A stretch of 64,000 nt of DNA from Carcharhinus longimanus (taxonomy: Eukaryota). The notes beneath the pieces were generated by a model that was not told the origin of the DNA, searched no databases, and saw only the letters and a program-made list of their open reading frames with translations. Numbering within the stretch: position 1 is the first letter of the stretch; the number at the start of each line of letters is the position of its first letter. Below, piece by piece: positions 36,901 to 50,957 of this stretch. The position numbers and the translations under genes were made by a program. Location: NCBI GenBank assembly GCA_030264375.1, contig JASCQW010000162.1, positions 34,098,853-34,162,852 of the forward strand, read 5' to 3'.

Positions 36901-39900
36901 CATGGGAAGGATGTCTGTTTGTGTGGGTGGTGAGTGTAGCTGTTATAAGGGATGGAGAGTGCATACTGTGTGCAGGGGTGCCATTTAACTATGGCCCCCC
37001 TGAGTTGAGGAGCACAGTGGTCACAGTGAAAGTCTGGTGGGTGAATCAGAGGCTGTCCACCAGTGATATGATGTGATCCCCATGGATGAATATTTAATGA
37101 TGTTTGAATTATACAATATGACTCAAAATCCCTCCATTGTGGCCGGCAGTTTGAACGCCGTTTTTCATGCTCGATACTGGATTTTGCATTTTTCAGGAGA
37201 AATCACGGCCACAATCTTAACTGTCACGTTATTGACTTCAGTTGAAAGGAAAATTGGATAAGGTGGAAATAGATGACTAATAGATTCCTGCTCATTTCCC
37301 ACTGGTCAAACAATTAAGATCAATTTCATGATCACTCATTTGGACATTTGACAGAGGGATTAAATTTGGATGGGAAATGTGATTCCTGCTCCTGATGGCA
37401 CATTGAAACCTTTGTGCTCACTGGCAGGGAAGGAAAGTACAGCAGCATTTCTTCACTGCCTTTAAGGCACTCCAAAAAGAGCAAAATAATCTCTACCTTT
37501 TTCTGAATGGTTTTCTATCTGCCCTACTTGTAGGAGATTAGTGGCGTCCAGCAACAATGACTTCATCAAGCAGGTTGAGTAACCAGTCAGATTGAAGAAT
37601 TCTCAATGACAGTAAAGCAGGAAGTGAAAAGCACAGACTATGATCCACTTTTTAATCATTTTGTAGAAAGCACAACCAAAATTGGATATACACGTACAAT
37701 TAAAGTAGAAGCTGAAACGTCAAGAACAAACTTTTAAAAAGTATATATTTTTTAAATCATATAATTTTTAACATGAAAAGGTGAAAATGAGACTCCCAGC
37801 ATGTAAAATCAGCTTCTCAGGGCCTGCAAGGATTTTTAACAGCATTATGTTTTGGTGTACTGTCAAACACTCAGTTGCACCTCATTTCAATGGTGTGTGC
37901 AAAAGTTCAAGTTCGTGTTAAATCACTGATCTGCTATTGATTATATCTATAAAAACAACAACAGCTCACCCTGAAGGGAAAACCTGTGGTTTCCAAATGT
38001 GTGCATGTCAAGCATTGCTGTCAGTTTGATTTACCACAATGCGAGAACTGACAGTTTTGCCATCATTAGAACTGTAATATCCACGCCATTAAAATGGTGT
38101 CAGTATCCCCAACTTTAATCATTTTCTTATTGAACCCCAAAATAATTAACATCAAAATGTTCATTTAAGATGTAGTTTACATCACATTATGATCCCTATT
38201 TATAAGTCCAGACTTACACAATTTACTTTACAAAATTGGCATTTACTCCACAGATGACCTGTCACAAAAAATGTTACGAAATTGGTAAAAGCTTTAAAAT
38301 TCTGGATTTTTAGATTTAGGATTTTCTTTACCATTGTTTTCCTCTGTGAATATAACTTCTTGCAAAACACCTTTGGCCTAAAAAACAGATCGTCCCCAAA
38401 TTAAAAACATCCCAGCTCAGTGCATGTGCCTCATGAGGCCCACGGTTGGCCACAGCAAATTGTTCTGCCATGTAGGGATATTATGGTGAACTGCTGCAAC
38501 ATTGGGGGCCCCTGAGGAAGCTCACCAGTTGTGGATGGGCAGCAGGGTCAGCTGGCTTAGATGTCCAGGGTTTCGAGATAATCTGGGAGGGGTAAGAGAA
38601 ATAGGTGGAATGGGGTAACGAGCAGTGGACAACAGCGACCCAGGAAGAGCACCTCTGCTGGATTCAATTAAGGTACACATTTGGCACGAATGAATACATC
38701 TAGCACAGAATGAACACACCCACAAACTATCCATTGCCATATTAGACTCTAAAACACCTGTTTCATTTGTGTGAAATTGGCACAGTGCTATCAGATTTCG
38801 AGACCCAAATATTTTAAGTAGTTCAGTTGCTTTGAAAGATATCACATATATCATGAGGATCAATCTTCGCATTACTTCATCGGTATGTAGAATTCTAGTC
38901 TGGGGAAACTTTGATTCAAATACTTTTAAGAAACTAAAAATTAGACTATGGAAAATTTCTTTATATGTAACCTTGGATAAGTTCTTGGATTAATTTTTAT
39001 AAAAGTTTGGTTGAGCATGTGTGCCATAGGAAACAGTAAGAAATTATCAAAACTTCTGAACGGCAAATGCTAAAACTCATTCTCACATAGATTGTATGTG
39101 CTATCGTGCTTAATGAAAGCAAATTGTGGCAAATCATGCCTTCGTGCCATGCTGTATATTGCAATTATTTTTGGATAAATGAAAAACTTGATTCAACAAT
39201 ATCTGTAAGCACCTTTTATGATTAATTACATTGTTCATCAACATGATAGTGTGCCATTGGCCTGAAGGCTGTCAGGCATGCTGGCGGATTCACTCAGTAT
39301 AAATATATGTAACTTACTGAGAAAATATTGCTGTTGGCCGGCATACCTAGAGTTGCTGAAGGTGTTATATTATTCTAAGATGCAAAGCTCTGTAATATCA
39401 TCAGCTATAGTGGATGAAGCACAAAACCATTAATCTGCTGGAGCGTGACCTGTAATGCTGACATAGACAATTCATCTGATCTACAAAAGTACTTAGAAAT
39501 TAGTGGGAGAGTGAAAGATGAAGAAAGAAAAAAGTGAATGCAATGAGTAGAGTTCAGTTGTACATTGTTAACTCTAGCCACTGATTAGAGCTGATCTGAA
39601 CTGTGGCAGCTCAACCTAAAAGAAAAGCTGAGGAATTCTTGCAAAAGGATGGAAAAAGAGAGTGAGGAATAAAAAAAAACTTGNNNNNNNNNNNNNNNNN
39701 NNNNNNNNNNNNNNNNNNNNNNNNNNNNNNNNNNNNNNNNNNNNNNNNNNNNNNNNNNNNNNNNNNNNNNNNNNNNNNNNNNNTTAAGACAGAGATAGAT
39801 AGGTTCTTGATTAATAAGGGGATCAGGGGTTGTAGGGAAAAGTAAGGAGAATGGGGATGAGAAAAGTATCAGCCTTGATTGAATGGTGGAGCAGACTTGA

Positions 39901-41737
39901 TGGGCCGAGTGGTCTAATTCTGCTCCTATGTCTTATGTTTTAAACATTGTGTAATCCAAGATTATATAATGTTCTATAGAAAATTATGTAGGCACACTGA
40001 TTTTAAAACATTCTTTTTTAATAAAAAGTGAATTATTTCCTGCTTTACATCACTGACAAACCTTAGTTCATGCTGGAATTAAACATTTTTCTGATGTTAT
40101 TTTATCTGACAGTGAAAAGCACATCATTACTGGTCAACTCCTGGCTTTAGGATCACAGGTAATTGTGCTAATAGGCGATTGAGCAATAGCTGAATACCAA
40201 TGAATAGGGAGGACAAACATTCAAATATTAACAAATGCACTTGTCTAATTAATGTGGATTGTAACTCACGAAAAGCCTTTGCCTAATTTGTTTGTTGCCT
40301 AAACAAATCAATTAGTGCCATAATTAGATGTAAATCGACAGGAGCTCTTGGTCAGTGGGATCAAGAGACATGCCAATGTAAGCAAATTTGAGTACATCAG
40401 GCTGCTGCTGCTTGTTTGCTCAGCATTTGCTCAAACAATACAGATAATATAAAAAAATGGATGACAGAAGATAAATGATTCTGGTTTGTTCCAGTGAATT
40501 TAAAGTAGATAAATAATATTGCCATTAAAGTCAGCTTTAACATGCACAGCATCTGCATTTTTTCACAGCCATAAACATTAAGCTGCCTTTGTGGGTGATG
40601 TACTGTGTTGTTTAATATGAGGCATAATGTTACAGACAAAAGAAAACCCTACAGGGTTTTTTGATGTCCTAAAATTGGCTCTTGATATTGGTCTCCCTTG
40701 GTTTAAATCTTTTACATAAATGAACAAGAATAAATCAAGCTAATAAACACCAGAGCTCTTAAAGTATGCAACAATTAACTGCGAGATTGAAAGTTTGCCT
40801 GTCTGGACTGTTTCCTTTCAAATACTTAAAGGAAAAAATCAAATTCCTAATGATGAATACTAAAAAGCAGAAATAAGCTGGACTACAGAACATGCTTTAA
40901 CTCTCAGCATTATTGAAATAAAATGGAAACATTCATCATGTTAAAACATTCAAGCATAGAAATGACTGATCAATACTTATAGCTTTTTTGGTTTTAACAT
41001 GACAGTGATCTATGTCATTGCTACAGTATGATCTGTGATTTAAAATGTATTATGAAGCAGACCCATTCCATTTTTTTTACAAATCACAAGGTCAAGGTAT
41101 CAGTACAAATAATCACAGTTGCAGAATCATTTGGTCGCTATCCACTTTTAGTTACTTATATCAAATTGATCTATAGAATTTGAAGCTGTGCGCCTGACAA
41201 TTTTTTTCCTCAGAATCAATAACCCTCACCCTCAAGAGAAGTAGCTGTTGCACAAATCACAATCCAAAACCATTTACTTCTTGAAATATTGAACTGGAAA
41301 GTTAGCCGAATGGAATTTAAAGTAATCTTTTTTTTATTTCTACGCTGCTATAGACCAGCATGTCAATCACAAAGTCATTTCACCCTATATTGGGAGATCA
41401 GAACAAGTAACAATAAGTTTAAAAACTGAATATAGGTTGCAGATACTGGGTGTCTCTCCGGCTTTCTTTGTCTCAAGTGGAAAGGAGAGTTAAAAAGAGA
41501 AAGGGGATCATGATTTCTGGCAAAAAAAAATGTTGATCTTTAATAATATCCATGCCAACCAAAAATATTGATATGTTGACTTTAGCTAATAGCATATTTG
41601 GTTAATCTTTAGAAATAAGTTCAGCCTCAACTAGAAATTGTATGGCTTTGGAATGAATTTCGAAACTTAAACAAAGGCCATAACTAACAAAAACATCTGC
41701 ACGTTTGGATTTTACTGTATCACATGGAAAAACTAAT

Positions 41738-42062
41738 CAAAGAACAAAGAACAATGCAGCATAAGAACAGATCCTTCGGCCCACCAAGCCAAGGCTGAAA
41801 CATGGTTTCTATCATTCTGTTTGCCTCCTGTTTACGTATCTATCAAAATACACTTTGAACATTGCTAACATGCCTTCTTCCGCCAGCTGAACTTGCAGTG
41901 TGTTCCAGGCACCCACTACTCTGTGTGAAAAACTTTCCCCCCATGTCTCCCCTAAACTTGCCATCTCTCACCTTAAACATGTGTTCTCTTGTTCTCAACC
42001 CTTCCACCCTGGGAAAAAGCCTCTGACTATCCATCCCATCACTGCTTCTCACAATTTTGCAG
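41738..42062 (-). mobile_element. CR1/HER1 LINE 3' fragment
   Basis: DSQRLFPRVEGLRTREHMFKVRDGKFRGDMGGKFFTQ. Confidence 0.85.
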
Positions 42063-42079
42063 ACTGGTTTTCTAGACTA

Positions 42080-42392
42080 ATCATAGAATCCGACAGTGCA
42101 GAAGGAGGCCATTTGGCCCATCGAGTCTGCACTGACCACAATCGTACCCAGGCCCTATCCACACAACCCCATTCATTTACCCAAGCTGGTCCCCTGACAG
42201 TAAGGGATAATTTAACATGGCCATTCCATCTAACCTGCACATCTTTGGACTGTGGGAGGAAACCAGAGCACCCAGAGAAGAGCAACTGGGAGAATATGCA
42301 AACTTCTCACAGATAGTCATCAGAGGCCAGAGTTGAACCCAGCACCCAATGTGCTGCGAGGCAGCAATGCTAACCACTGTGCCACCATGCCA
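42080..42392 (-). mobile_element. HE1-type SINE
   Basis: Reverse complement of a full-length copy. Confidence 0.9.
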
Positions 42393-42664
42393 GAATCAGA
42401 ATGGTGATCTTGCTGATGGCATTCATTACTGAAGAGGATGACTACTTTGGGCAATGGTTAAGAAGGGAAGAAAACAGAATTGGAGAGGTGGTTGTAGATT
42501 CCCATTGACGTCAGAAAGCTGTAATTGTAATGCACAAAATCATACTCTGCTTTTAATTGTTGTTTTACAATTCAACTCAGCAGATCTACAATGTTTTTGT
42601 GAAGTGATATAGCAATGCCCCTGGCTGTCTTCTCATTTCTTACTCCTGAGATGTAAATTCAATT

Positions 42665-45457
42665 TGTTGTTATATTGATATTGACACCACTCACTCAAAA
42701 GAGATTGTGAAAATGGGTTTGTTTATTTAGTGTAAGCACGTGGGAACATTTATACAAAGGTAGGCAGTTTGAAGCAGCAGATCTGTGTGTCTGTGCTCTG
42801 TTCAAAAGCAAAATTGAAACTAAGACTGAATCACATGACACTTCCTTTCTAGTGATGTCATGCTGCTATCCCTTCAGCGCAAAGTACAGTACCCGCCGTT
42901 CTTTGTAAGCACGTTGCCCCTCTCATAGACAAACAACTATTTACAATACATGTTCATGTTTAGTTACCATTACGTAAGTGGAGAGAATGAATAAATTAAT
43001 GAGTCTCTAAAGCGTAGAGGTAATCTGCTGATGCACTGAGATCTTGTAACAGTTTTCTGTAGATTTTTTAAAAAATTACTCTCAGTGATCTGTGGGATTA
43101 TCATTCTTCGATATTGATCCTGGATGCATTTGGTTTCTTGTCCAAAATGCATTCAGACTGTATGCCAGTTAAAGAGCTGGAATGAATCTGGTTTGTCCGT
43201 TTTATGACTCAACATTGCACCTTTGTGTGTAATGACGTTATAGCAATGTGGTTCTGAACAAATCATTGTCACCACAGTTGGTACCCTCATATTTTCTGTG
43301 GGATCTTGGCTGCAGACTTGTTCTCCCAATTGTAGCTTTGGCAATTCTGTACCCATATTTTTACTCTTGGCTAACTTCATTTGCAGATTGAAATGTTGTT
43401 CTCTAGTTTCTGGAGAGAGTAGAATGTTTAAGTGTACGTAAACTGTTTCACACTGGTCTGCCAAACATGAGCTCTGCTGGTAATGGAATGCTGCCACTTA
43501 AAGGTACTGCTCTCAGATTTAACATTGCGATGTGTCGATCTTGCTTATTCTATATACATTTGAGAATTAGGAATTTCACCATGTGTATTGTTCTTTCAAC
43601 TCAGCCATTAGATCTAGGATAACAAAAAGAAGACGTGGTGTGATCGATATTCCACTTCTGACACACATCTTGAAATGGCTTCCCAATAAAACACAAACCA
43701 TTATCCGTAATTGTCACTCTAGATGTATTAAATAATCTGAAACTAGCACTTAGAGTGTGCAACAGTTGTGTTTGATGTATTCTGTATTTCTTGAATAATG
43801 GAATACTTGACAAAGCAGTTAATGATTAAGTCAGTACCATAGACATAAAAGATTCCAGATGCGATTTTCGACCAATGATGGGAGAAACTTTATATGGAAT
43901 CAATGGTGCTTTGTGCTGATTTGCCATATGCTCTTGACATGCCTCACACTTTTTTATTCCTACTTCAATGTCATCATTCATTCCCGGCCAATAGAATGTC
44001 ACTCCTGCTAGTCATCCTGTCCAATCTATTCCCATATGTGAGTGATGAAGTTTTTGAAGACTATCAGGTTACAACGATTCTGGAATGATGATCTGGATGC
44101 CTTTAAAAAATACTCCCTCGGAGATACAACTCATCCCAGTAAGACCAGAACAGTTTCACATGTTCATGAATGTTGTTATTCATTGAATATAAAAAAAATT
44201 CAAGATTGAGATAAACAGATTTTTAATCAGTAAGGGGATGAAGGCGGGATAGTGGATTTGAGGATTATCATATCAGTTCAAACATTTTGTCACTGAATGG
44301 CAGATGGGCTGAATGGCCTACATCTATTCCTATTTTATGGTCCTCTGTAGCCCTTAATTCCCAATTGCAAGGCAATGTTTTATGGCTTGCTTACCTGGTT
44401 CAGGCATGCCTGAATTAAGAAACCATTGCTCTGAACGCTGTTTAAACATTGATTTTAGATTGTGGATCACCTGTATCCCAACTCAAATTAGGAAATTTTG
44501 ATGACATTTTGACAATATTCTTTTGTTCTCCCTTATTCTATTGTACCTGGGATGAATGTTGCTGTAGCTGCTTTCATGTGCTTCTTTGAAGCTACACGAG
44601 TTATAATCACAACCTTGGCCAGAATTGTCCGACACTTCTGTGGTTGGTATTCTCTAGTCCGGCTGCACTGAATGGAGTTTTGGCTGAGCGCCAACATCTT
44701 TATTCTTGCTGGCAACAGTGGCAGAGCAAACAAGATCAGAGAATCCTGACCCTTACTTGGCCAGATTTTAATAATGGTTGTTTCGGGGAGGTGGGGTGGG
44801 GGGCATTGTTTGACTCTTCCTGGCTCACTATTGATCTGCCCCACACCTTGGTTATTCACCTTTCTTGATGAAGCTAACCCTGTGTTAGTCCTCTCGATAC
44901 ACTATCGCATTCACTAAACTGACAGGCTATGCACTGCAATCTGACCATGATGGATCCATCTGCTTACCAGCTCTTTATCGGAGCACTATCCTGGCACCGT
45001 GTCTTCAAAGCTTTTTTGTGCAATCATCACGCTGCAATTTCAACATTCTCTGACTCTGCTGCAGTCTTCATCTTATTCCCTACAGACTTATGTAAAACCC
45101 AAGTGTGCCATTTTATGTTGAGGGTCACCCCACGCCATGTAGCATGATCCAAGGCTGTTCACCATTCATTCCTGTTCTTAATATTGTTGCAAGACTATTT
45201 CACCATCACTGAGCACCATGCCATGTTGTTGTGACCATATAAACATCAATCACACATAAGGGATTGTGTAAGCATGTTGCAGGTTCATTTATTTAGACTA
45301 GACAGATAGGAACAGTAATGCAAAGGTAGAAAGCTAAACGAGTTTAATAGCAATGGTATGTGTTCTGCTCAAAAGCAAAAGTGAAATTAAAACTGGATCC
45401 CATGGCACACTTCCCTTCTAATGATGTTGTGCTGATATTCCTTAAAGGCGCACTACA
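42665..45457 (-). mobile_element. Degraded, internally deleted Gypsy/Ty3-type LTR retrotransposon
   Basis: Two diverged direct repeats (42665-42888 and 45224-45457), both TGTA...CAACA on the minus strand; TGG (PBS start) at 45221-45223. Integrase remnants ITDNGLCFIGKPFQDVCQKWNIDHTTSSFCYPRSNG (43601-43813), LPKLQLGEQV...CSEPHCYNV (43153-43497) and terminal TRSQCISRLPLRFRD (near 43000). Confidence 0.85.
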
Positions 45458-48400
45458 ATAATAGGTATTGTGGGCAATGTTTAAGAGAGGGGGGGATGGG
45501 GAAACAGAATTGGACAAGTGGTCATAGATTCTCATTGCTCATTGCTGCCAGAAATCTGTGATCCACAAAGTTACATTCTGCTTTAATTGGTGTTTTACAA
45601 TTCAGCACATCTATGTTTTTTGAATTGTTATGGCTATGCCTCTGACTGTCTCCTCACTTGTTACTTTCTTTTTTCACAGATGTAGATTAAATAGTTTTGT
45701 CGCCCTTTTTGCTTTCACATCCTCCTTCAGTTATCTTTCAATTTATTTCAATTCAGAAATGTTTAAACAGATTGTTTGTGTGCTCCAAAGCTTCTCTGCA
45801 ATATCTGTTCCCCTAATCTGCTCTGCATAATTTTCAAATTTATCTTTGACTTTATCTTGCTACTCTGCATACCTCACACAACACATGGAGGCATGTGCAG
45901 AGCATGTTTTGTTATAAAGTGCACAGTAGCCCATTCAAGAGGTAGGCTTGCGAGAATTTCTTTTAAAATGGTAAGATTTTAGTCAGAACCACTTTAGTGA
46001 ATACTCTGGGTCAAACATGATGCAGACATTCCTACACTGTTGCTGTGACACAACTGGGCTTTGGCTAATGTACCGAAAACTGTGAAAGACTTGAAAAAAA
46101 AACGGAGCTATGCACGTCCTGCAAGGAGCTGTCTTGTGGTTTTCATCTTATTCCCTACAGATTTATGTAAAACCCAAGTGTGCCATTTTATGCAAATGGT
46201 TTGTGACAAGGTTCAGTTCCTGTACTGGAAGTCATTTATCTTCATCAGAGGTGATGAAATGATCCCTGACTCTTGATTATACTTACCATGTGTCTGCAAA
46301 GGCATGAGAAGGTTGAAAATTCAAGCAAAAATATAATGAGACTTGTGTAAAAGATAGCTCACAACTATGTGCTCTAATTTATGAAGGGCTTGACAAATAT
46401 TCTCCACAGAATAGTTGCTGATAGAATTAAAGCAGATTTTTTAACTCACATGTCATGCATAAGTTTGGGTGAAATTTTACACCTCAAACCTAATGGGGTT
46501 ATAATTTGAAGGCCCATAAGTCGTGCTCAGCTATTTATGATGTAGATAAGTTGTATTAATTATATTGTTTAGCATCACTTTATAAGAACAGATAGAATTA
46601 GAGTAGAGACATCCAGACCTTTCATAAACCCCAGCAACATCTTCCAGATGTTAACAGATTGAATTAGTATGATCACTTATAAAATGCACCACATCTTCAT
46701 AGATTTACTTTGCAACTAAAGTTATGTAAATTCCTTTGTCATACAGTAATTGAGTAGCCTTCTCTGATTAAATCTTACAAGACATGCAGCAAAAGAATTA
46801 CCCCCGATATTGTTTAGCAAGTGACAGGCTAAGGATCATAACTGAGCAGTGCATTCAGACTGTAATGACTAAGACACTGATACACACTTGAGGCTGGGGT
46901 TGTACCACTAAAGTACAAAAAAATACAGAAACTGAATGGCCAAAAATGAATGAGATATTGACAGACATGTCCTCTATCTGAACAGAGTACTCATAGATTA
47001 ACTAGGCAAAGATATTGATTTCCAAGTAGCAGAGGAATACCTGGAAACTCACAGCAAGGTCAATCAGCATCTGTGGAAAGAACCACTGATATTTTAGGTC
47101 ATACCCTTCATCAAAGCTCTAATGGATATGAACCAGAAGTGTAGATTGTCTGATTTTCTCACAGATGCCGACTATCCTATTATATGTTACGATCTTCTGT
47201 TTTCTGGTTTCAGATTTCCAGTATTTTCATTTTTACTTAACGAGTGCTTTACTTCTTAAATTTTCTGATGAGGTGGGATGGGGGAATGGGGGGGGAGGTG
47301 AGGAAAGTGTTGATGTTTGGGTCCCCAGATGTTCCAGAAAGACTGGAAATCTACCACATTGGAAATTGAACTTGAATCCAATCTCTCCGTCTCTCTGTGT
47401 CCAGCCAGCTGTGACAAGAAGCTAATTCGAATCCACAGGGGTAAATTTTCATCTGCCGTATGCCTAGCAGCCTGTCATCTGCTGAGGATATACTTCGAGA
47501 ACTGGGGCACACACTTATCCCATTATTTCTTAGACTCTTTAGTCCTAGAAATGCCAATATTAACACGCCACACTTCACAAGCCCATAAGACATTCTTCAC
47601 CCTGCCACTTTAACAGAGGCACTGACCTATTTAAAACCTGGTAGATGGATGCCTGCAGGTGAATGCTTATATTAAGTTAACAGAGGCAGGCCATGCATTT
47701 GTCTGCTAATAATGCAAATTACTAATTCTGGGTATACTGCTCCTAGTTGTTATAACAGTCTTAAAACTAGTCGTTGAAATGCACAGTGATAGGAAGAACT
47801 CTTTTGAGGGTCGAGGTAAAGAATGAAGCAGCTCTTGTTTCCATGCAGGTAAGAATACTGGGCCCAAACATTCATGGGTCGAGGGAACGCATCCTAGAGT
47901 AAAAGGTCGAATATGCCCTTCTGCCACTGGCCTCCCAGAACGAAAAGTAACTTCAGACCAGATCTGGCTTGAACTGGCAGGAACTGGCCTCAGCTGGATT
48001 ACACTGATGACTCTGAGTCACACAGTTGGTGCCTCTTAACTTGTAATTCTACTGGACTCATCAAAAATCCAGCAGGGTCTCCTAGCTGGCGAGTTGGGGC
48101 ACCAATATTTTGCAGCCGACTTCAGCTGGAACAAGTTCAGCTGTTGCTAATTTTACAAATACCAGTAAAAACCCTCTCTCATCCCTCTGTCCCCACCAGC
48201 TCGTTCCCCCACCTGTATTTCTCTCGCAGTCTCCAGCCTCCCTATCCTGCACCTCTAACTTTTATTTTGTACTGTCTCTTCATATGATTAGGCAAGTTCT
48301 CTTCATGAAAATCCATTTGAGGAGCATATTCATTGTCTCGTTTTTAAAATGCTCTTTTTGTGCAGAAGCAAAATTGCAAGAGTTGTATAAGCGACAATTT

Positions 48401-49899
48401 CAATGGCGTTTGCAAGTGTTGAAAGGTAAACCTGATTTTAACTGGCTCATGACAATAAATGCAGTATTTATGTGATCTAATACACTGGCAAGATTCCATA
48501 TCACAACAACAACAAAAAACAGATTATTTCATGATTTTAGTCATGGAATTTGTTTTATTTTATTATTACTCCTTAGGATTGGACTTTACCATGCACCCAC
48601 CAGTTATATTGCAATTTCTCTTGCCAACTAGATATACCAACTTCCCACTCCCAACCACTCCCCCGACTGCAGCAACACCCCCCTTTAACCACCCCCCCCC
48701 GCCCAAAATGCAACATGTCCTCCTCGAGCTCTCCACCAAAATGCAGCATCTCAACCCTCAAGCTCTCCACTGACAATATCACCTTTCACGCACACCAGTC
48801 TCACCGTTCCCCTACAATGACAGATAGCAAGGCTTTCAAGGGGCAGCATGGAGCAGCAGATTACAGAGAAAGATCAGGAATGTCCTAATATCCCAGTGAC
48901 CAGAGAGAACCGGATCAGGAGATGGTCCCTTGACTGGCAGGTGCTCATGGCACTAAGCTCTTATTTCGGGTGGCCAGTGATTATCTACAATTTCAAGTAT
49001 CACTTTCTAGTATCACTTAAGTGATCACTAATATTACTTAAATGAGAGGGGATTAAGGGTTATGGGGAGAGGGCGGGAATGTGGAACTGAGCCACGACAG
49101 ATCAGCCATGATCTTATTGAATGGCGGGGCAGGCTCGAAGGGCCAGATGGCCTACTCCTGCTCCTATTTCTTATGTTCTTATGTCCATTGAAAAATGTTG
49201 AAGGTGCCCAAAGTGTAAGAGGGCACATTCATGTGGTTAAGAAATCCTCTTTTCCTATTTGTATACTGTGTGTGCATGTGTGTATGTGTGAGGGAATTAG
49301 GGTGACAGCTCACCAACTGGCTTAAATCCCAAGATGGAGTTCACTGCTGCCAACTAGTATGCTGCAGTGCCATATCTACTTTCTGATCTATGCAACAAGA
49401 GGCTCTTTGCCCATGAGCCCAGACAGAAAATCCAGAGTGTTTGCCGGGTGTTGATATATTTTACATTCACGCTGTTACAGTCCAGCCAGAGTTATGCAGC
49501 AGTGCGTGAGAAGTGTCGCAAGTAGCCAGTCCCATATTGAGTAACATTAATGAAACATTGTTACTGCATGGTTCAGTGCACGGGAGCTGGTCTACTTTGA
49601 ACCTTTCTCCACATAAAGTCATGTGATCGCATTTTGGTCTTATTATTTTGAAAATAAAGGCTTCTGCGAGACATTTTCTCTCTTTTCAATATATTTCATT
49701 TCTACAATTCTATAAATGTGAGTTTAAATTTAAAATATCGGTTATGGTAACAGTACGTTGAATGCATGTTGAATTAACTGGCTGTTTTGGAAAAATGATT
49801 CAATAAAAATGTTTTTGGCAATGTCCTTTCCCCTTTAGAATTATTCCAAAATATTTTGTAGGGCATTTTAACTTGAATATATTGGATGTTTCAAGTATT

Positions 49900-50112
49900 C
49901 AGTCCAAAAATGTGCAGGTTAGATGGATTGGCCATGCTAAGTTGTCCCTTAATGTCCCAAGATGTGTAGGTTAGGGTGATTAGTGGGGTAAGTATGTGGA
50001 ATTATAGGGATAGGGCAGGGGGGTTGGGACTGAGTAAGGTGCTCTGTTGGAGTGCTGGTGTAAACTCAATGGGCTGTGTGGCCTCCTTCTGCACTGTAAG
50101 GATTCTATGATT
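49900..50112 (+). mobile_element. HE1-type SINE, 3' half
   Basis: cagtccaaaaatgtgcaggttag...ctgcactgtaaggattctatgatt. Confidence 0.85.
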
Positions 50113-50269
50113 GTTATTGTGTATGTTTTTTGATACAGAACAGATGTACATATATAACCGATATGTCGTACAGGACATGTATTTTTCATTACTGGAGGTA
50201 GAGTAACATTGCAAATTAAGATATTTCAGGCAGAATCAGGTCACACAAGCCACGATTGATGCTCTAGTG

Positions 50270-50615
50270 GTGCACTGCTATGTCTGAGGTGTGGTGTTTT
50301 GAATGAGAAGTTAAACCAAGGTCTTATCTGTCTTCTTGGATGGACAGGAGAGATCTCACATCATTATTTTGAAGAAAACCAGTTGAGTTATCCCCTGTGT
50401 TCTGGCCAATATTCATCCCTCAATCAACATTACAAAAACTGGCTTATCTGACCATCATCGCTTTGCTGTTCTTGGGAGTTTGCTGAGTGAATATAGGCTG
50501 CAGTTTTTCTTACATTGCAACAGTGACAACACTTCAGAAAGTACTCAATTGGCTGTAAACCACTTTGAAATGCCCAGTAGTCATGAAAAACTGCGTATAA
50601 ATGAAGTCTTTATTT
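50270..50615 (+). mobile_element. Deu-domain SINE (SacSINE1/AmnSINE1-related)
   Basis: gaggtgtggtgttttgaatgagaagttaaaccaaggtc...cccctgtgttctggccaatatt...tgtaaaccactttg...gtataaatgaagtc resembles the Deu-SINE central domain and tail. More decayed copies near 34600-34980 (-) and 31670-31800 (-). Confidence 0.7.
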
Positions 50616-50957
50616 TAACAAATGATGGCAGGTAGTAGTGATTTTAATCATTGCGAAGAGGATCTTAAAGCCAAAGAAGTCAAAAGCATTTGCTTCAACA
50701 TCCCTAATGTCTCAATGGTTCACTGCTTCCTGTGGTATTTAGCCAGGAAGGTACCAAGTTTGATTTCCAATATGTTCCAAGTTAGCTGATCTCAGTTGAA
50801 AAGACAGTTAACATGATCAGAATGGTCTCAGCATCCTTAGAATAATTAGAAGCAAAACAGGCAGGTTTTCTTCCCATTAATTACTAACATGTAACACTGT
50901 TGGCAAATGTGCATATTAATAAGATTTGTGGGAAGGGTCATGTTCACTAGCGTCTTT

